NCBI GenBank assembly: GCA_045837725.1
Contig: JBEWZL010000278.1
Location: 62,001-126,000 of the forward strand
From: Vermamoeba vermiformis
Taxonomy: Eukaryota
DNA length: 64,000 nucleotides
Reading direction: 5' to 3'
Each line of letters begins with the position of its first letter. The stretch's first letter is position 1. Both the position numbers and the translations under genes were made by a program. The notes beneath the pieces are model-generated. The model was not told the DNA's origin, made no database searches, and worked only from the letters and a program-made list of their open reading frames with translations. Positions 35,953-50,088 of the stretch are shown here, in pieces.

Positions 35953-38884
35953 CTATTCGTCAGACGATGAAGAATCGGAGCTTTGATTCTCGTCCTTGCT
36001 TTTCTCGTTTAGCGCATGCGTGGATCCTTCGGACTTTTTAAACCGTTGAATAAGATTCTTCAATTCGAACAATTCGTTCTTCATAATCATATTTTCATGG
36101 TAAAGCTTTTCGTATTTAAGCTGATAATAGTCATTCGCGGATTTGTCTTCTTTTCTGCTTTCTTTTTGTTTCTTCAAGCTGTCCAATTCGCGCTCTCTAT
36201 CCTCCAATTTTTTAACTAAATCATTCGTACTAGTATTGTTCGTGGTTCTGTCGCGGCTTGAGCTGTACGTGTTGACGGATCCTTTGAATCCAGACGAATG
36301 CTTTTCTTTATCCATTGTCATTTTAGTCACGAATAGCGTAGCTACACTAACACCTATAAATAGAATGTTAATTAGATACGCATTCAAACGGACTAAGTAT
36401 TTAGTTTTCATCGTAGCGGATCTGCGGGACCTCGGGACTTTTAAGACCTGCTTACCTGTTCCAAGCATAATACCAGCACTTCTTAAGATATACAACAAGT
36501 TACGTTCCGTAGCATTAGTGAATTGCAGTACTATCACTAGAATAGCAAAGAAAGCAGCGTTGTACATCTGACGTCAAAGTGTTAGATCCACGAAGGTTTG
36601 CGTAAATTTAATTCTACTTACGGAGAAAGCAATAATCTTAGACTCATTATAGACAGAGTACCGTAACTTTCTAATCTTCCAAGCAATGACAAGACCGCCT
36701 AAGCCAATAACACCCTGAACAAAACCCGTTAGTTCAGAAGCTCGGTAACAACACCATATCAGTCTCGTACGTTGTAAGCGATCAAAGCAGCTGCAATGCC
36801 TGTGATTGAGGAGCCAGTAGGACAGTCTTCGTAGTCGTAGACTGGGCGATAAATATCAACGTGCACTCGAATGGGCGTCATGTCAATGATGCCTGCTTGG
36901 ACCGCACATATGACCTATGGCACACCGTTAGAATGATATTATTAAGTACCCCAATTACTAAATTTGTACTTACGGCGTCGCCTGCTAGCAAACACAACAA
37001 AATGATGATGAGCTGCGTGTCACTAATCTTGAAAATTCTCAGCGACTTGTTGGTGCTCAATTTGTAAACTCTCCAAGACTTGGCGAACAAAGCACCAAAC
37101 ATGATGGTAAAACCAAATGATAGGAGCCATGATTGTAAGTAACATGCTTCAGCAGTTACATTGTTCAAGGTCCAAGTCCAAATACTCGAGTACAAAAACA
37201 TCGATCCGATCAAGAAAATGATCAGCAAGTTTGGCGAGCTTGCCCTATTAAATATGGTGTAAGAATTATATAATGATAATATAGTATACTTACTTGATAA
37301 TAGGAGTGTTTCGAGCGACAATCGTGTAGATCAACAAAGACAGCGAGAACAAAAAGCCTAATATGGCAAGAATAAAGAAAACCCACTCCGCAGGATTTTC
37401 TGAAAGTATTATTAATATAGATAAAGTACTGAAAGGGATACTTGCCATTGAATCTCTTGACAAATACTCGTTCTTGCCATGTCGGGAACGGATCTACCAA
37501 ATCGAATTCTTCAGTTTGCGCTAATGGAGGACCAACGACTTTGCGCGTGCCATTAATCATTTGAACGAATATACATGTCATTTGGTTGCTATTGTCGACG
37601 CCAAAAGATAGCTGGCCCATAAAGGTGTCCATATTTAGCCGCTCCAAAGTGTCCCGTACATCCACTTGCGAGAACGAAGGCGCTTTCTAAAAATAGACCG
37701 ATTAATTAGTCCTCAGTATACTATAATAACAATTAAAATAAAATTTAACTTATTAAACTGCGTTGGCGCGCGATTCATCGATTAAATGTATTTATAGCTC
37801 AAAGTCGCAAACTTGGATCCTGCCGAAACGTTTCGTTATAGGCGGACAATTTGCCATATTAAATATAAAACTACTATAAAGACGTGTCATTGGGCGCAGA
37901 ATTGAATGACGCTCAATGGAGGAATAATTCTATTCAATCGAAATACGAAACTTACCTCGATCGCGTACTGGTATAACAAGCCGGCCATCGCGCCAAAGGC
38001 AGCATAGTCGTCAGGCGTAGTATTATACTTGGCTTCATAATTGCCGACAAAATCTTGAGTAGATCCGAAAATAGCCTCACCAGGGAAGTTCGCTGCCGGT
38101 TCGAACTAAAAAGGCAAAGATTTATTGTTAGTGACATGCTATTAATAGCTATATCGAAACTAACCGAAATAATAATAAAAGTCCTTAATACTACAGTAAG
38201 ATCATTTGAATCAGATCCGACTTAGAGCGATAAAAATTTATAAAACTTAATGTGAGTTGATTCATTGCAAAATTTTCAGCGAAAGTTATTCTTATACTGG
38301 CAGTACTATATACTTACGCGAGAGCAGCCCGTCATAAAGTCATTTAACTCGTGATCTATGTTTGCGTGCAGATCGTTGAAAGGCAAAAATGTTACGAAGC
38401 GAGGAGCGTAGTCATGATCGCGGAATTTTTGCATAACAACAGCTGCCGTGTCGCCGAATGCGCAGCCTATGACGGTATCAACCTCTTGCTGTTGCAGATC
38501 CTACAAAATCTCATTGTTAATCACAGATCGACAGGCCAAAACAATTCACAAATCAATCGGAATAAGAATTATTTACGCAAAAATGATAAGTAGCCTAATT
38601 AATTAACCACTTACTATCGTGAGCGCTTCGATCTCGTCTATAGCAACTTGACTGACGTTACCCAAACATTCTTGATAGGATTGACCGCGGATGGGCTTGC
38701 TTTGACCACCAATCGTTTCCAGCCAATGATTTAAGCCTTGCAAAATCTTCTTGCCTTGAACAGCGCGACTACTACTAGCTGGCGAATTCGTTATTGAGAT
38801 GCCAAGCGTTATCGTTCCGTTCGCCACATCCGATCGGATCTGCGCTACTAAAGCGACGATAACCAACAGTATTATCCAACGCAT
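35953..38884 (-). CDS. Class C (GABA-B/Grl-like) GPCR with periplasmic-binding-protein-like ectodomain
   Basis: Signal peptide, LivJ-like ectodomain, TM motif CYLQSWLLSFGFTIMFGALFAKSWRVYK, coiled-coil C-terminal tail. Confidence 0.85.
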
Positions 38885-39902
38885 GGTTGTCTAATGTGGT
38901 CTTGATATTGAACAGATACTTTTGGACTGATTTATGGCAGTGTCAATGGTATTTTAGCCAAGTTCACAAGCTTAACAAGGGTTGACAGGTTATTGCTCGA
39001 GATACAATTTTGACACCGTTATTTAGTCCTTGCAAATGCATCTATAGTATATATAGCCTATAATAAACAAATAGACCCATATGGAGAAAATGAACGGTAA
39101 TTACAACCGAAGAGTCAAGCTTTGCGAATTTTTTCCAAATCCGTCCGATGACGAATTGAGAAATTAGCTATAAATAGGCGAGGCACTATATTATGGCGGG
39201 GAATATTCATCATTATAGAACAATAAAGCAGCACTTACTAGAGGAGCAGGAAAGATCCGGAAGGAAAAACTGCGTGCCGTTCAAGAAACCAAACCACAAC
39301 TTTAAACTTGGGGCACACGAAACGACAATTCGTCCACAACTCCTTGGTATGTGTGTAAGTATTTGCCCCAGCCCCTAAGACTTCAGTAAGTAATTGAGCA
39401 AACTTGAAATAATTCATTGGATGTTGTCAAAGAAAATCAAAATTGCTAAACAAAAATTACAAACGAGGAGAAACTATGAGTAATGTGATCTACATAGTTA
39501 ATTGCACGTACCGTCTATTTCTTAATTATTTTGTAAATTGCATGGCGCGAGAAATCAAAATATCTTTTTTTCAAGATCTTATTTTCGATTCACAGATTGC
39601 TTTACTTCTTTTATACTATCGTATGTGAATTATAGGTTAATAATAACCAAATATTGAAATTTTTCCGCTCGTTTCTCTTCTTCATCTATAACAGTATGTT
39701 GTTTTAGCTATTTATGTTTTTGCTCAATTACTAAGACCTCCCGCGGTTCTTTATTCGCCTCTTGACGGCGGCCTCACGTTTTCAAATAAAAGCGGGGTGT
39801 CCTTTTTAATTAGCCGAGTATTCTGTCGTATTTCAGAAAGCAGTCCGCAAAATGATCTTGTTTTCTTGCTTCGACCCAGATCGCGTGAATAATTCAGTCA
39901 AG

Positions 39903-40391
39903 ATGGACACAGCTACGTTCTTCAACTATACTTTATCTTTTACGATAACTTTCTCAGCCTTCTGGGCCTTCGCTTTTTGGACTGGATCGCCGAATACATT
40001 CAATGCGATCTTTGGAAGAGACAGTACTCCCTTAGAAGCGTCTGGATATAGATACGCAGCATGTGGAATGTTTGCAATCGTGCTAACTAGCCTTAGCGCT
40101 CTTTTCAGAAGCGACATCCGAAAGCGCGAGGCTCTGCGGATCGGTACTTTCGTTTGGCTTTCTAATGTCCTTACAGTGCAAGTGCAGAAAGACATATACA
40201 ACGATGCAGCGTACTACATCCTCGCTGGATGCTTTACAGCCGGCATGATCGCTTCATTTGTTGGTGGATTCCTACTGAATTTGGCTCCTGGGGAAGAAGA
40301 GCGAGAGAGAGAGAAGCGCAAAGAACTTCATAAAATCCCTCCTACACTAACAGAAGAGGTTATCGACGAAACTAAGACGCATCAAGCTTAG
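39903..40391 (+). CDS. Small intronless multi-pass membrane protein of unknown function
   Basis: About four hydrophobic segments followed by a charged tail; the start could also be 39852. Confidence 0.65.
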   Translation: MDTATFFNYTLSFTITFSAFWAFAFWTGSPNTFNAIFGRDSTPLEASGYRYAACGMFAIVLTSLSALFRSDIRKREALRIGTFVWLSNVLTVQVQKDIYNDAAYYILAGCFTAGMIASFVGGFLLNLAPGEEEREREKRKELHKIPPTLTEEVIDETKTHQA

Positions 40392-40649
40392 TTTAAAGAT
40401 TTGTTATCGAGATCTATTTTGAAACTCAGTTCGTAGTGACTTAAAATAAAATTGATTTTGCTTTATATATTTAATATAAAGACTTTGAATGATATTGATG
40501 TTGAGATTGAAGTTTATTCACAATTAGAAAACAAGAAGCGAATTCATTTTTTTGTTGTTGCAGATCTAGACCTTATTATTCATCCATTATTATACTAAGG
40601 ACGAACAAATAGGCTTAAAATATTACTATAGTCCTATTATTACCATTTT

Positions 40650-42388
40650 TTAGATCATTTCAGGAGTAATTTGGTTCTCCATCAACAACAAAGCGTCCTT
40701 CACGCTGGACGACCAAGAAGTCATGCGCTCCTTCATTTTGCCAATCTGTTCGCGGCTCAAAGTACGAGGCTGGACCCACGAGATAGTAACTTGTTCGTGG
40801 ACTTGATCGATCGAACCACGGATCAGGCCTAACGACAAAGCACGCATGACGAGCCATTCGACTTCTTGCTTAGGCAGTTGAGTCACGTGACTGATTTGTT
40901 CGAATGTGATTTGTTTCGTTGATTTGTTGAACATTTCTTCGATCAAACTCAAAATTGAAATCTTTTGTTCCAACAAAACTTTGCTGGCAACCAAAGCGGG
41001 CTGGCAAGAAAAAAAAATTTTAGCGTCAGATCTCAAAATTAATAGGGACGAGTTAAATATGTACCTGTTGGTTCAAGTGGGCAGCGTGTTGAACTTGCAA
41101 TTGTTTCCAGCCAGCCAAGTTGCCGTTGCTAAAAGCGGCAATAATGTCGCGGACCCAGCTCAAACCGGTACCTTGCAACGAGCCAGTAATTTCATGACCC
41201 ATCTGCAAATACAAAATAATATTAGCAACGCTTAGTAGGTCCCAGGTATATATTATTATCAGCCATACCAATTCACCAAAGTTGTAAATATCTTCACCAA
41301 TCAACGCGGCAATGCACATGTCGAACGCGAGACTGACACGTTCTTCTTGCGGAATAGAAGCAATAGGAGTGAATGCGAGGTATTGAAGACCACTGCGATA
41401 GAACTCTTGAGGAGCGTCCTTCAACTACAATAATATATACCAATTAGTATCGTATAAAAGTATCGTCAAAGTGAGGTGCTTTCGCGTGTCAAATTTTTTG
41501 ACTCGTACCTTGTAATAGAAGCACCAAGCACGGTGATAGCCGGACAAAATAACGGTGTCAAGGGTCTCAGATTCATTAACAGTAGTGCTATTAATAGTAA
41601 CACGTTAGACTTGGAAGTCACAAAAACAAATCGACAGTGAGGACTACACCATAGGTAATTGCCTAATATGGTAAATGTTACACTTACGAGCATTGGTCCA
41701 AGAGAGTTTTAGCTTCAGGAAGATTTTTGTTGAGCACGTGGAGTTCCGCGATCGTGCAGCGGATTAAGACGTGAGCAGCTGTATCATCGATAACTTTCTT
41801 CTGTTCAGCAACTTTTTGCAAAAATTCGATTCTCTTTGGAATATCTATTATATAACAGAATTAATAAGGGTCGTGCAAGATCCACACCAAAATTGAAAAA
41901 ATTTTTGCAACTCGAAAGGCTTCTAAAAATTGCCTTATTGAAAATTTAGCGTATTAATATTATAGTGTTATTATATTTACCTGGTAATTGCTTAGAAATT
42001 TCTACGGCGATTCTAACAAAGGTAATCTGGTTCATTTTGCTAGCAAAATCTGCCACGAAAGACTGATAAAATTGAATCAAATTGACTTGGCCTCTAACAT
42101 CTGCCGATTTTAAAAATTCATTTTCCACGACTTCAGTCAATTGATGCCATAACCTAGGTGAAATTAAAAATTTAGAAAATTTTTCAATCCAAAAAATTAA
42201 TACAGGGGAATATAGCTACGTCAAATAGCTCCATAAAATTACCACAATATTTATATTGACTAATTTGCCATATTAAAATTATTTCCAGCAAATTCTTACT
42301 TTTTGTCATGAAGATCGTGCATTTTGTTAAATACAGCGGCATGTTGAGGGAACAAGCCAAGTTGTTGCTCTAAATAATTAGTAGCCAT
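40650..42388 (-). CDS. PSMD13: 26S proteasome lid subunit Rpn9/PSMD13
   Basis: KKLWHQLT, ALIGEDIYNFGEL and the PCI end EVEWLVMRALSLGLIRGSIDQV..WVQPR. Confidence 0.93.
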
Positions 42389-42618
42389 GATTCTCGCGTT
42401 CAATATATATTAATGCTAGTGTTGCAAAGTCTTGTTATAATCGAGTGACGAAAAATTTCTTTTTAATGGGCAGTTAAGTCACGGTCCAGTTAAGTCACGA
42501 TTTAAAAGCCAGTACACGACCCTTGAATCTCGTTAGGACCATGAAATACCGAGTTAAAACCATAGACGGAGTATTTTCGATTGCTTTTATTTACATCTAT
42601 CTACACAAAAAATTCAGC

Positions 42619-43667
42619 TTAAGATTGTTGGATCGTTGTGGTAGAAACGCCAGCGTTGGAGTCCTTAGGCTCAATGATAGTGGTGCTTTGTTCGACGACG
42701 GTAGTAGTGCCAGGACCAGTCAAGCCACTAATAGCTTCTTGGGTCTTCAATTTAGCTTGACCAACGGTCTCTGATAAATGCAACTTCTCGTCGACAACCA
42801 TAGCAGCTTCGACGGTTCTGTCCTTAACAGCTGAGGCGGCCTCAACAGTTCTGTCCTTAACGGTGGAAGCGACTTCGACGGTCTTGTCCTTAACTGCGGT
42901 GGCTCTTTCGGTCAGATGCAACTTCTCATCGATAACGTGAGCAGTGTTAACTGTGGTTTCCTTAATAGTTTGGGCGGTCTCGACGGTCTTATCCTTAACA
43001 ATAGTAGCGACTTCGACGGTCTTGTCCTTGACGACAGTGGCGGCGTCAGAGATCTTTTGAGAAATTCCGAAACGAGCTAGAAAAGAGAAATAGGTCAATA
43101 TTATGCTTTGATGGTTAACAAAATATCGCGCGGAAAGGTAATTAAACTAATGAATGATTATTTGATGCTTACCATCGTATTCAAGAGCCTTTTTCTTGAT
43201 CTCTTCACCGAGCTTGTAGCCAGCGGCCAACAAACTGTTAATAACAGCGGTAGCAGTGCCAGTAGCTTCACTGGTCAATTCTTGCTCGTCGGCGAGCTTC
43301 TTCAAGGGGTCACCAGGGTGTTGGATCTTGCTTTCTTCTTTTTGATAGACAAAGATGGGTTGATCTTGAATAAGAGCATTTGACAACAAGCAAGCTGTTC
43401 TAGCAGCTTCTTCAGTACCGAAGACAATTTCGGCCTTCAAAGTGCCGTCTTCTTGGCTGAGATGCGATTAAATTAGAAAAAATCTTCGTAAAATTGTAAG
43501 GCAATTAATTGAGCGATTATTAATGCTTAATATTGTATTAACGGTAATAATACTTACGAAATCAAGTCGATATGCTCGATCTTGCCGCAGAAAGAGAAGA
43601 AATCATTGACTTGATCAGAAGTGGCATTGTTAGAGACGTTCTTAACGTAAACAGTTCTGGATTCCAT
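42619..43667 (-). CDS. Vip1/BPA1-like RRM protein with LEA-like 11-aa repeats
   Basis: VNDFFSFCGKIEHI, AARTACLLSNALI and LLAAGYKLG..KALEYD motifs; repeated TVEVA.xVKD[KR]. Confidence 0.8.
42780..43040 (-). repeat. Coding 33-nt tandem repeat (11-aa unit)
   Basis: Recurrent GACGGTCTT[GA]TCCTT[AG]AC on the + strand, encoding KDKTVEVA-type units. Confidence 0.8.
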
Positions 43668-43896
43668 TATTAATTGTTGTCTTGTGGTTGTTGTTTTGTA
43701 ATTTGTTACTGAATAAACTCAAAAGCAAGTTCTTTTTATGAACAATTTCGCTCACACGGCAGATCCAAATTTTAACAGAAATTTCGGCAAGAAGTATGTG
43801 AAATGATTTCTCTAGCCAATTATCACCTAGATTTGCACAACGTACCTCAAATAATCTTATCTCTGCGCTAACAGTTTTGCCGCTTCGTGATTCGCG

Positions 43897-45679
43897 TTAT
43901 TTTTGCTCGTCTGCGAACCTGATCTTCGATCGAACGTGTGGGCTCGTTGCAGCCGCTACTGGCGGATGTAAGTCATGTTGTGCTTTTTGTCTTTTATATT
44001 GTGATCGAAGCCACTTGATTTCTTTTTGTTTTTGCTTTTTTCTTTTCAGATCTTCAATCGCTTTTTTCTTATTTTCGATCTTTTCTTGCTTATTTCGCTT
44101 CTGTATGTAATCCTATAATATATAATACCAATATTAGGTCAAATTTAGCAAAATGACAGTTGTTTAACTTACCTGAATCATTTGATCTGTCGAGAAATAT
44201 TTTCGCTTGTTCATTACACGTCGCATAATGCTGGATACTATAATAGTCACTAAATCATATTTCTTGGCACCAGTAGGCAATTTCTCGCTATGATTCATAG
44301 CGTATACTTGTCGCAATTGCGTAGCTGTATATTTGGATACAAATTGTTCAAGTTCCGCTTTTGAAATACTCGCTGGCGTATGCGTAAATAGATTATCTAG
44401 CTTCCTAATATCTTGGACCACGATAATCTTTTGCTCTTTTGGCTGATCTGATTCTTCTTTTGTCGGCGAATGTTTCGGATGCGCTAATTTGCTCTCTTTC
44501 GACTTAACGTTCTTTGTTTGCGGTTTTTCACTATCATTAGGCGTGCTTTCATCAGTTTCTGCTACTTCATCTTCACTTTCTTGGCTATTAAACTGGAGTT
44601 GTAATCCACGAGCATTGTCCTCGCTTTTCTCCTCGATTTTGCCGTTAGAACTCGCTCTAAAATTCAAAAACTTTGAAAAATCTACAGCAGGTCCAGCATC
44701 CTCGTCACTTGCTGCATTTTCAGACGAGTTTTGCTGGTTGAGCACAATTTCATCTTCTGAACTCTGCTGATCCGCTTCTTCGTCCTAATATTGCGTTATT
44801 ATGACAATCTAAATGATATATATTAGTATACGTACATTATTATCGCCGCTTGATGAGTTTTCGATCGGGGAGTCTTGGATCTCATTAGACGATTCGCTTT
44901 CTTGGCTAGGAGCTCTAATAAGGGTAGATTAGCATAATAGTAATATCATCAATATAAATCTTACCTCGAATCAAAGTCTTGGTCTTCAATAGAGTCGTCC
45001 TCGTACGAATCCACTAACGTTCTTTTTGGTCGCCGAACAAAATCGCCAGAGGATCCAAGCGAGTCTGGCAACAAATCATAAACAATACGCGTGCCCCTTG
45101 ACTTTCTTTGACTAGGTCCACGTCGTTTTATCGGCTGATCGTTATTTTCTTCATCGCTGCTAGAATAACCAGCGAGTTGACGTTGTTTCCTCGGTGAAAT
45201 ATTGTCTTCTGCATCAATATAATGTTTTTCTCGTTTAATAAGCTTTTCAGGACATCCTACTTCTTTATGTTCGCGTCGCTTCGGCTTGCTCTTTGATTTT
45301 TTAGGTGATTTCTTTGGCGAGACATCACGAACTTTTTTCTCTTTCGTTGGGCTAAGATATAGGTGAGATTTAATCGATAATAATGCAATATAAATTACCT
45401 TGGTGTTATTTTCCGTTTTTTAGGTCGTGGTTCTGGTTCTACATCTTCGCGTTTTCGTTTTTTTGTTGGTGAAGGAATAGTCATCCAATCAGGAAGTGCT
45501 CGCGAGTGCGGTGATTTTTCTGGAACAAAATCATCTTCTTGTTCAATATCAGATGATAAATCAGGCTCAACTACTGAGTTAAATCTGGAATTATTATTAT
45601 TTGACTCGCTAAAACTTTCTACATCGCTTGCAAATTGTTCCTCGTTCGAATCCTCATCCAACTGCAAATTAAGTGACAT
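43897..45679 (-). CDS. Low-complexity charged, probably nuclear, hypothetical protein
   Basis: Four exons; acidic and Ser-rich tracts, NLS-like PTKKRKR/PKKRK, a short helical domain and a Lys-rich C-terminus. Confidence 0.6.
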
Positions 45680-45839
45680 ATCGCATGTGGTGTTGTATTT
45701 AAAATTTAAATATTTTCATAACGTTAACGCGGGAACGATTTTTTTCACGTGGATCCGTTTTGACCAGCCTTGACGTGTGTGGGACCTTTTGTTCCTTAGG
45801 ACTTATTGGACACCTCAATTCATACAACCAGTAATAATA

Positions 45840-46774
45840 ATGGCCGCTATTCACCCTCACGTTGAAAAAGTGTTGATCTCCGAAGAGCAAATCCACAACA
45901 GATTAGTCGAGCTTGGTGCTCAAATTGCTAGAGACTATCATGATGCTAAGGACGTTGTTCTAGTTGCCATTTTGAAGGGCTCATTCATATTTATTTCCGG
46001 TATGTAAACTCGCTAATGAGATCTTTAACGATAATCATTAAATAAAACGGATCCGTTGTCATATTTTGACAATTATTACAAATAATAATCCATGTAAAAT
46101 AATATCACGTAGAATAATATTATTGCGGTTCCATTTGCTAACTTGCCGGCGTAGATTTGGTTCGTGAGATTCATATTCCCACCCGAGTTGAGTTTATGGC
46201 TGTATCTAGCTATGGTAACGAGACTTCCTCATCGGTATGCAATTATAAAAAATATTATCATTGAAATTTAGACCTTATTGACCATCAACTGCAGGGTGCC
46301 GTCAAGATCGTCATGGATTTGCGCACTGATATTGAAAACAAACACGTTATTATCGTAGAGGATATTATTGATACCGGTAAATATTACTATTCTTAAATTT
46401 CAGCTCTTAGAAACAATTTTGTGAGAGCGATCGAGATCTCCGGATGTGATCGAAACAAGACAAGTCTAACAGTGTTATATTAATAGGTCTTACCATGAAA
46501 TTCTTGTTGAATTTGCTTGGTAGCCGCAAGCCTGCTTCATTGCAAGTCTGCTCTTTGCTCAGAAAGGAAGGTACTCAAAAGGTCGAATTGGATCTCAAGT
46601 ACATCGGCTTTGATATTCCTAAGGACGCCTTCGTTGTTGGTTATGGTTTGGATTATGCCGGTATGTACTAATGAAAGAATTAAATAAGCCTTACTAATCG
46701 CGCCACATCCAGAAACTCTCCGAAATCTGAAGTACGTCGGTATTCTCAAGGAGGAAGTCTACAGAAAGAAATAA
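45840..46774 (+). CDS. hpt: Hypoxanthine phosphoribosyltransferase
   Basis: VAILKGSFIF, EFMAVSSYG, PRPP motif IIVEDIIDTGLT and FVVGYGLDYA; 5 exons. Confidence 0.95.
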
Positions 46775-46937
46775 GAATGTAATAAGCACCGCGAATTATG
46801 TATTAAGACATTAAAGTTATGCAGTTTTATCGAGATCTGAAAAGCCCGCCAAATCGTGTAACGGTCATTTTTTTGATTTTTAAACTTTTTTTCGATCTGT
46901 CAGTTTAGTTGCTGCGGAGGAATGAAACGAGGATAAA

Positions 46938-49900
46938 ATGAACTTAGATATTAATGATTTAGTCAATTTGAACGACGTGCCTTTGTTAGATACAGAAGAA
47001 TTATCACCTGGCACGAAAAGTGCTACATCTACGCCATTTGTTTTAACTCCAGATCGAAAACAAATGAAAAAAAGTAATTAATTACTTATTATTTATACAT
47101 GATGCAAGTATACAGTATTGATTAATAAATTAGGAGCTAAAAAGCGAAGATCCAAATTGCAGATCGAAAGTAAAAGAGATAGTCTCGGATTATTTCAAAA
47201 TCTTGATAATAAAGGTATGTAATAATCGATTTATTAGCATCATACGTTAAACATAAAAATTAATAATGTTACAGAAATTTCTATGCTGGATGACTGGACG
47301 CCAACCATAGAACCGACTCCAAAGAAAAGGGTAAGCATAATAATGCAATCAATATTAAAATTCAGATAATTAATCATTCTTTTAGGCCTCTAATAAATTT
47401 ATTTTTGCGTCACCGATCAAACAAATTGGAGTCCAACCTGAAAATTCAAATGTAGATACTCAGAGCACAGAATCTTTGCAAACGTAAGTTCTATTAATGT
47501 ATTTATAAGCCCTTATAATATTAAATTGTCTCTTAGGCCGAAATTGAAAGAGATGCAGATCTTGCCATCCGCAGTTATTGAAACAGCACCATTCGTTCTT
47601 GATGAAATTCAACCTGAGAATATAAAGACACCCGAGAAGCCTATATTATCCAATGATGAGCTGCTATACACAACTCCGCCAAAGCAAATCCAGCCAGAAA
47701 ATTTTGTCGAACACAAAACTGAAGAGAAACAATCAAAAACATTAAAAGACTTATTTAATTCTATTGCAGAGGAAGACAAGAAGCCTAGTAAGTCGTTGTA
47801 TACGTCAAATTGCACCAGATCTAACAGATTTGTCAGGTAAACTTCTTGGATCCGCCTTCAAGACTCCAAAAAGCGTTTCAAAGATGCGATCGGTGATTAT
47901 TACACCCAAGTACGTAACTGTTCAACATATATATTACAGACATGATATTAATATGACTTCTATTAGTTTGAGTTTGTCGACGAAGAAAACACCTCGGATC
48001 AAGTTATTTTCAGTCACGCCTAAGATCCCGAAAGATACTACCGAGGATAGTAATACCAATGATGAGTCAAGTGGTATAGATATGCCTCGATCACCAACAT
48101 TTGGTACGATTATAACATTCGAAGTTGATCTAGATCTAACATTTTTGCAGCGGATCTTGGACTCTCTACGGAAAGTTTATCAAATTTATCAACACCCTCA
48201 AAGATCCAACCACCCACCCCGAAATTATCCACTTGGACTGCTGTACGTATACCGTTTTATACCAGATCCTATCAACCATATTCCTGACATTTTTTTGCGT
48301 AGTCTCCTGCCATGTGCCTGACCAGAAATGGCGTAGAATTGAGTTCGCCGAGTTCAACTTTCAAGCGAAGAATGAGATTGCCATATAAGGCAAGTCCTCG
48401 TCGTGAAGGAATGACGCCGATCCCGATGTCCTTGAGCGGAGAATTTTCACGAAGCAAAATTGCATTGTCACTGACACCAAGCTTGAAGAAAATTAACGAA
48501 ATTTCATCTTCTGAGAACAAAAGTGACGAGCAGATCCAGCTCTCAACTTCAAACTCTTCCATCCCCGAGCCTCCATCGTCTCCAACAAAATCGGTCTTGG
48601 AAACTCCGAGAAAGCCACGTGACACGGAAACTCCCATCGAGAATTCAAGCAATGCTAAAAATAATAGCTCGACAGCACTGGATCTGATCTTCAGTCAAGA
48701 GCTCAAAGAACGAGCGGAACAATTGTCGAATGAAAGTGCTGAATCACGTGACATTTCTGAAGACTCCACGAAGATCCGCGAATCCGATTCGCAAGCAGTT
48801 GAAAACAAGTCCCAGCAACAACAACAGCAAACAATACTGAACAAGTTCTTTGCTGACAAACGCAAGAATATGAACATGAAGAAGCAGCTCGTCAAGGCCT
48901 TTGAAGAGGAAGAAATGAACTTGCAGAAGAAAGACAAGGAGAGCACTAAGCAACAAGAAGAGACGACGAAGAGTACTGTTGTTGAAAAGCCTAAAGCCGC
49001 TGAAGGCACAATTAGCACGGGCATTCCATTGCCTAAAACTAGCGTGCCAAAATTGTCATCTGGGTTGAGGCCTACAAACACGACTACGGCGGCTAGCACC
49101 ACAAAGCAATCAGTCCCTGCTTCTAGTGTCAAAAAGTCTACTCCGACGACCCCTTCAAAGAGTAAGTATAGTGGGGTCTATATTATATTATGTAAGATTA
49201 CTAATGACGCGTCAACATGACAGGTGTCAAAGTGTCAACAACAAGCACGGCTAAAACTACCACAAGCGTCCTACAAAAGAAGACTGTCGTTTCAAAAACA
49301 CCGACTAGTACTAGCACCAGTACTATTAGTAAGCCGGTACCAGCTGCTACTCCCTCCGTCGCTTCGAAGAAAACTTCGGTGACTGCATCCGTTACAAAAA
49401 CTAAACCTGCCCCATTCGTCGCTGCCACTCCTTTAAGCCAAAGATCAACCGCTAGAACACCCTCGACGGCTACTAAAGCACCAATACCTTCAACTAGCAA
49501 AACACAGACTACCAAGAGTGTTTTCAACAGTGCTACATCCGCCAAAGAAAATATTCAAAATGCTGCTCCGCCAACAGTTTCGAAGCTCGAGACTAAGAAA
49601 CGAAAACGTGGCGAAGACGATGAGTTTAGTTCAAGCTCTGCTGGCATGGCAAGCTTCGATCAACTTTTGAAACAAACAACGAATCCAGAACCAACTGCTT
49701 CTGGCTCTCGAAGAACAACGCTTTTATCTTCTTCATTACGTAGAGAATCATCTTATTTCTATCGTAAAGAGCAAGAGAAGAAAAAGCAAGAAGAAGAGGT
49801 AAGAATTAAGCGAGATCTAACGACAGAAAGAACTAAACTTTTTTTCGTGAACAGGATTCGGATCCGCTCAAGCTTTTTGAGAAGCAACTCGAGGCAGCTA

Positions 49901-49992
49901 TGAAATCGGGTTCTGCTAAGGCTAACTTCGGTGCAATGATCAGTTCAGAAACGGATTCGCCAGCGAGAAAGAAAGCCAAAATCGACTGTTGA
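46938..49992 (+). CDS. Large S/T/P/K-rich low-complexity protein with many S/T-P sites and a KEN motif
   Basis: Multi-exon; TPKK, TPRK, SPRR, TPSK and KENI motifs; no globular family recognised. Confidence 0.6.
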
Positions 49993-50088
49993 ATAAGAAC
50001 GCAGCCATATTGTTAATTTTTGTACTATTTCATCGATTTGTAAATAATATATCACCACTACGGTTATCTTAAGACGCTTTATTTACAA

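Noticed and set aside
45840-46774. Recent horizontal transfer of a bacterial-type hpt
   Set aside because: The gene has four spliceosomal introns and this HPRT type is known in protists; nothing here indicates recent transfer.
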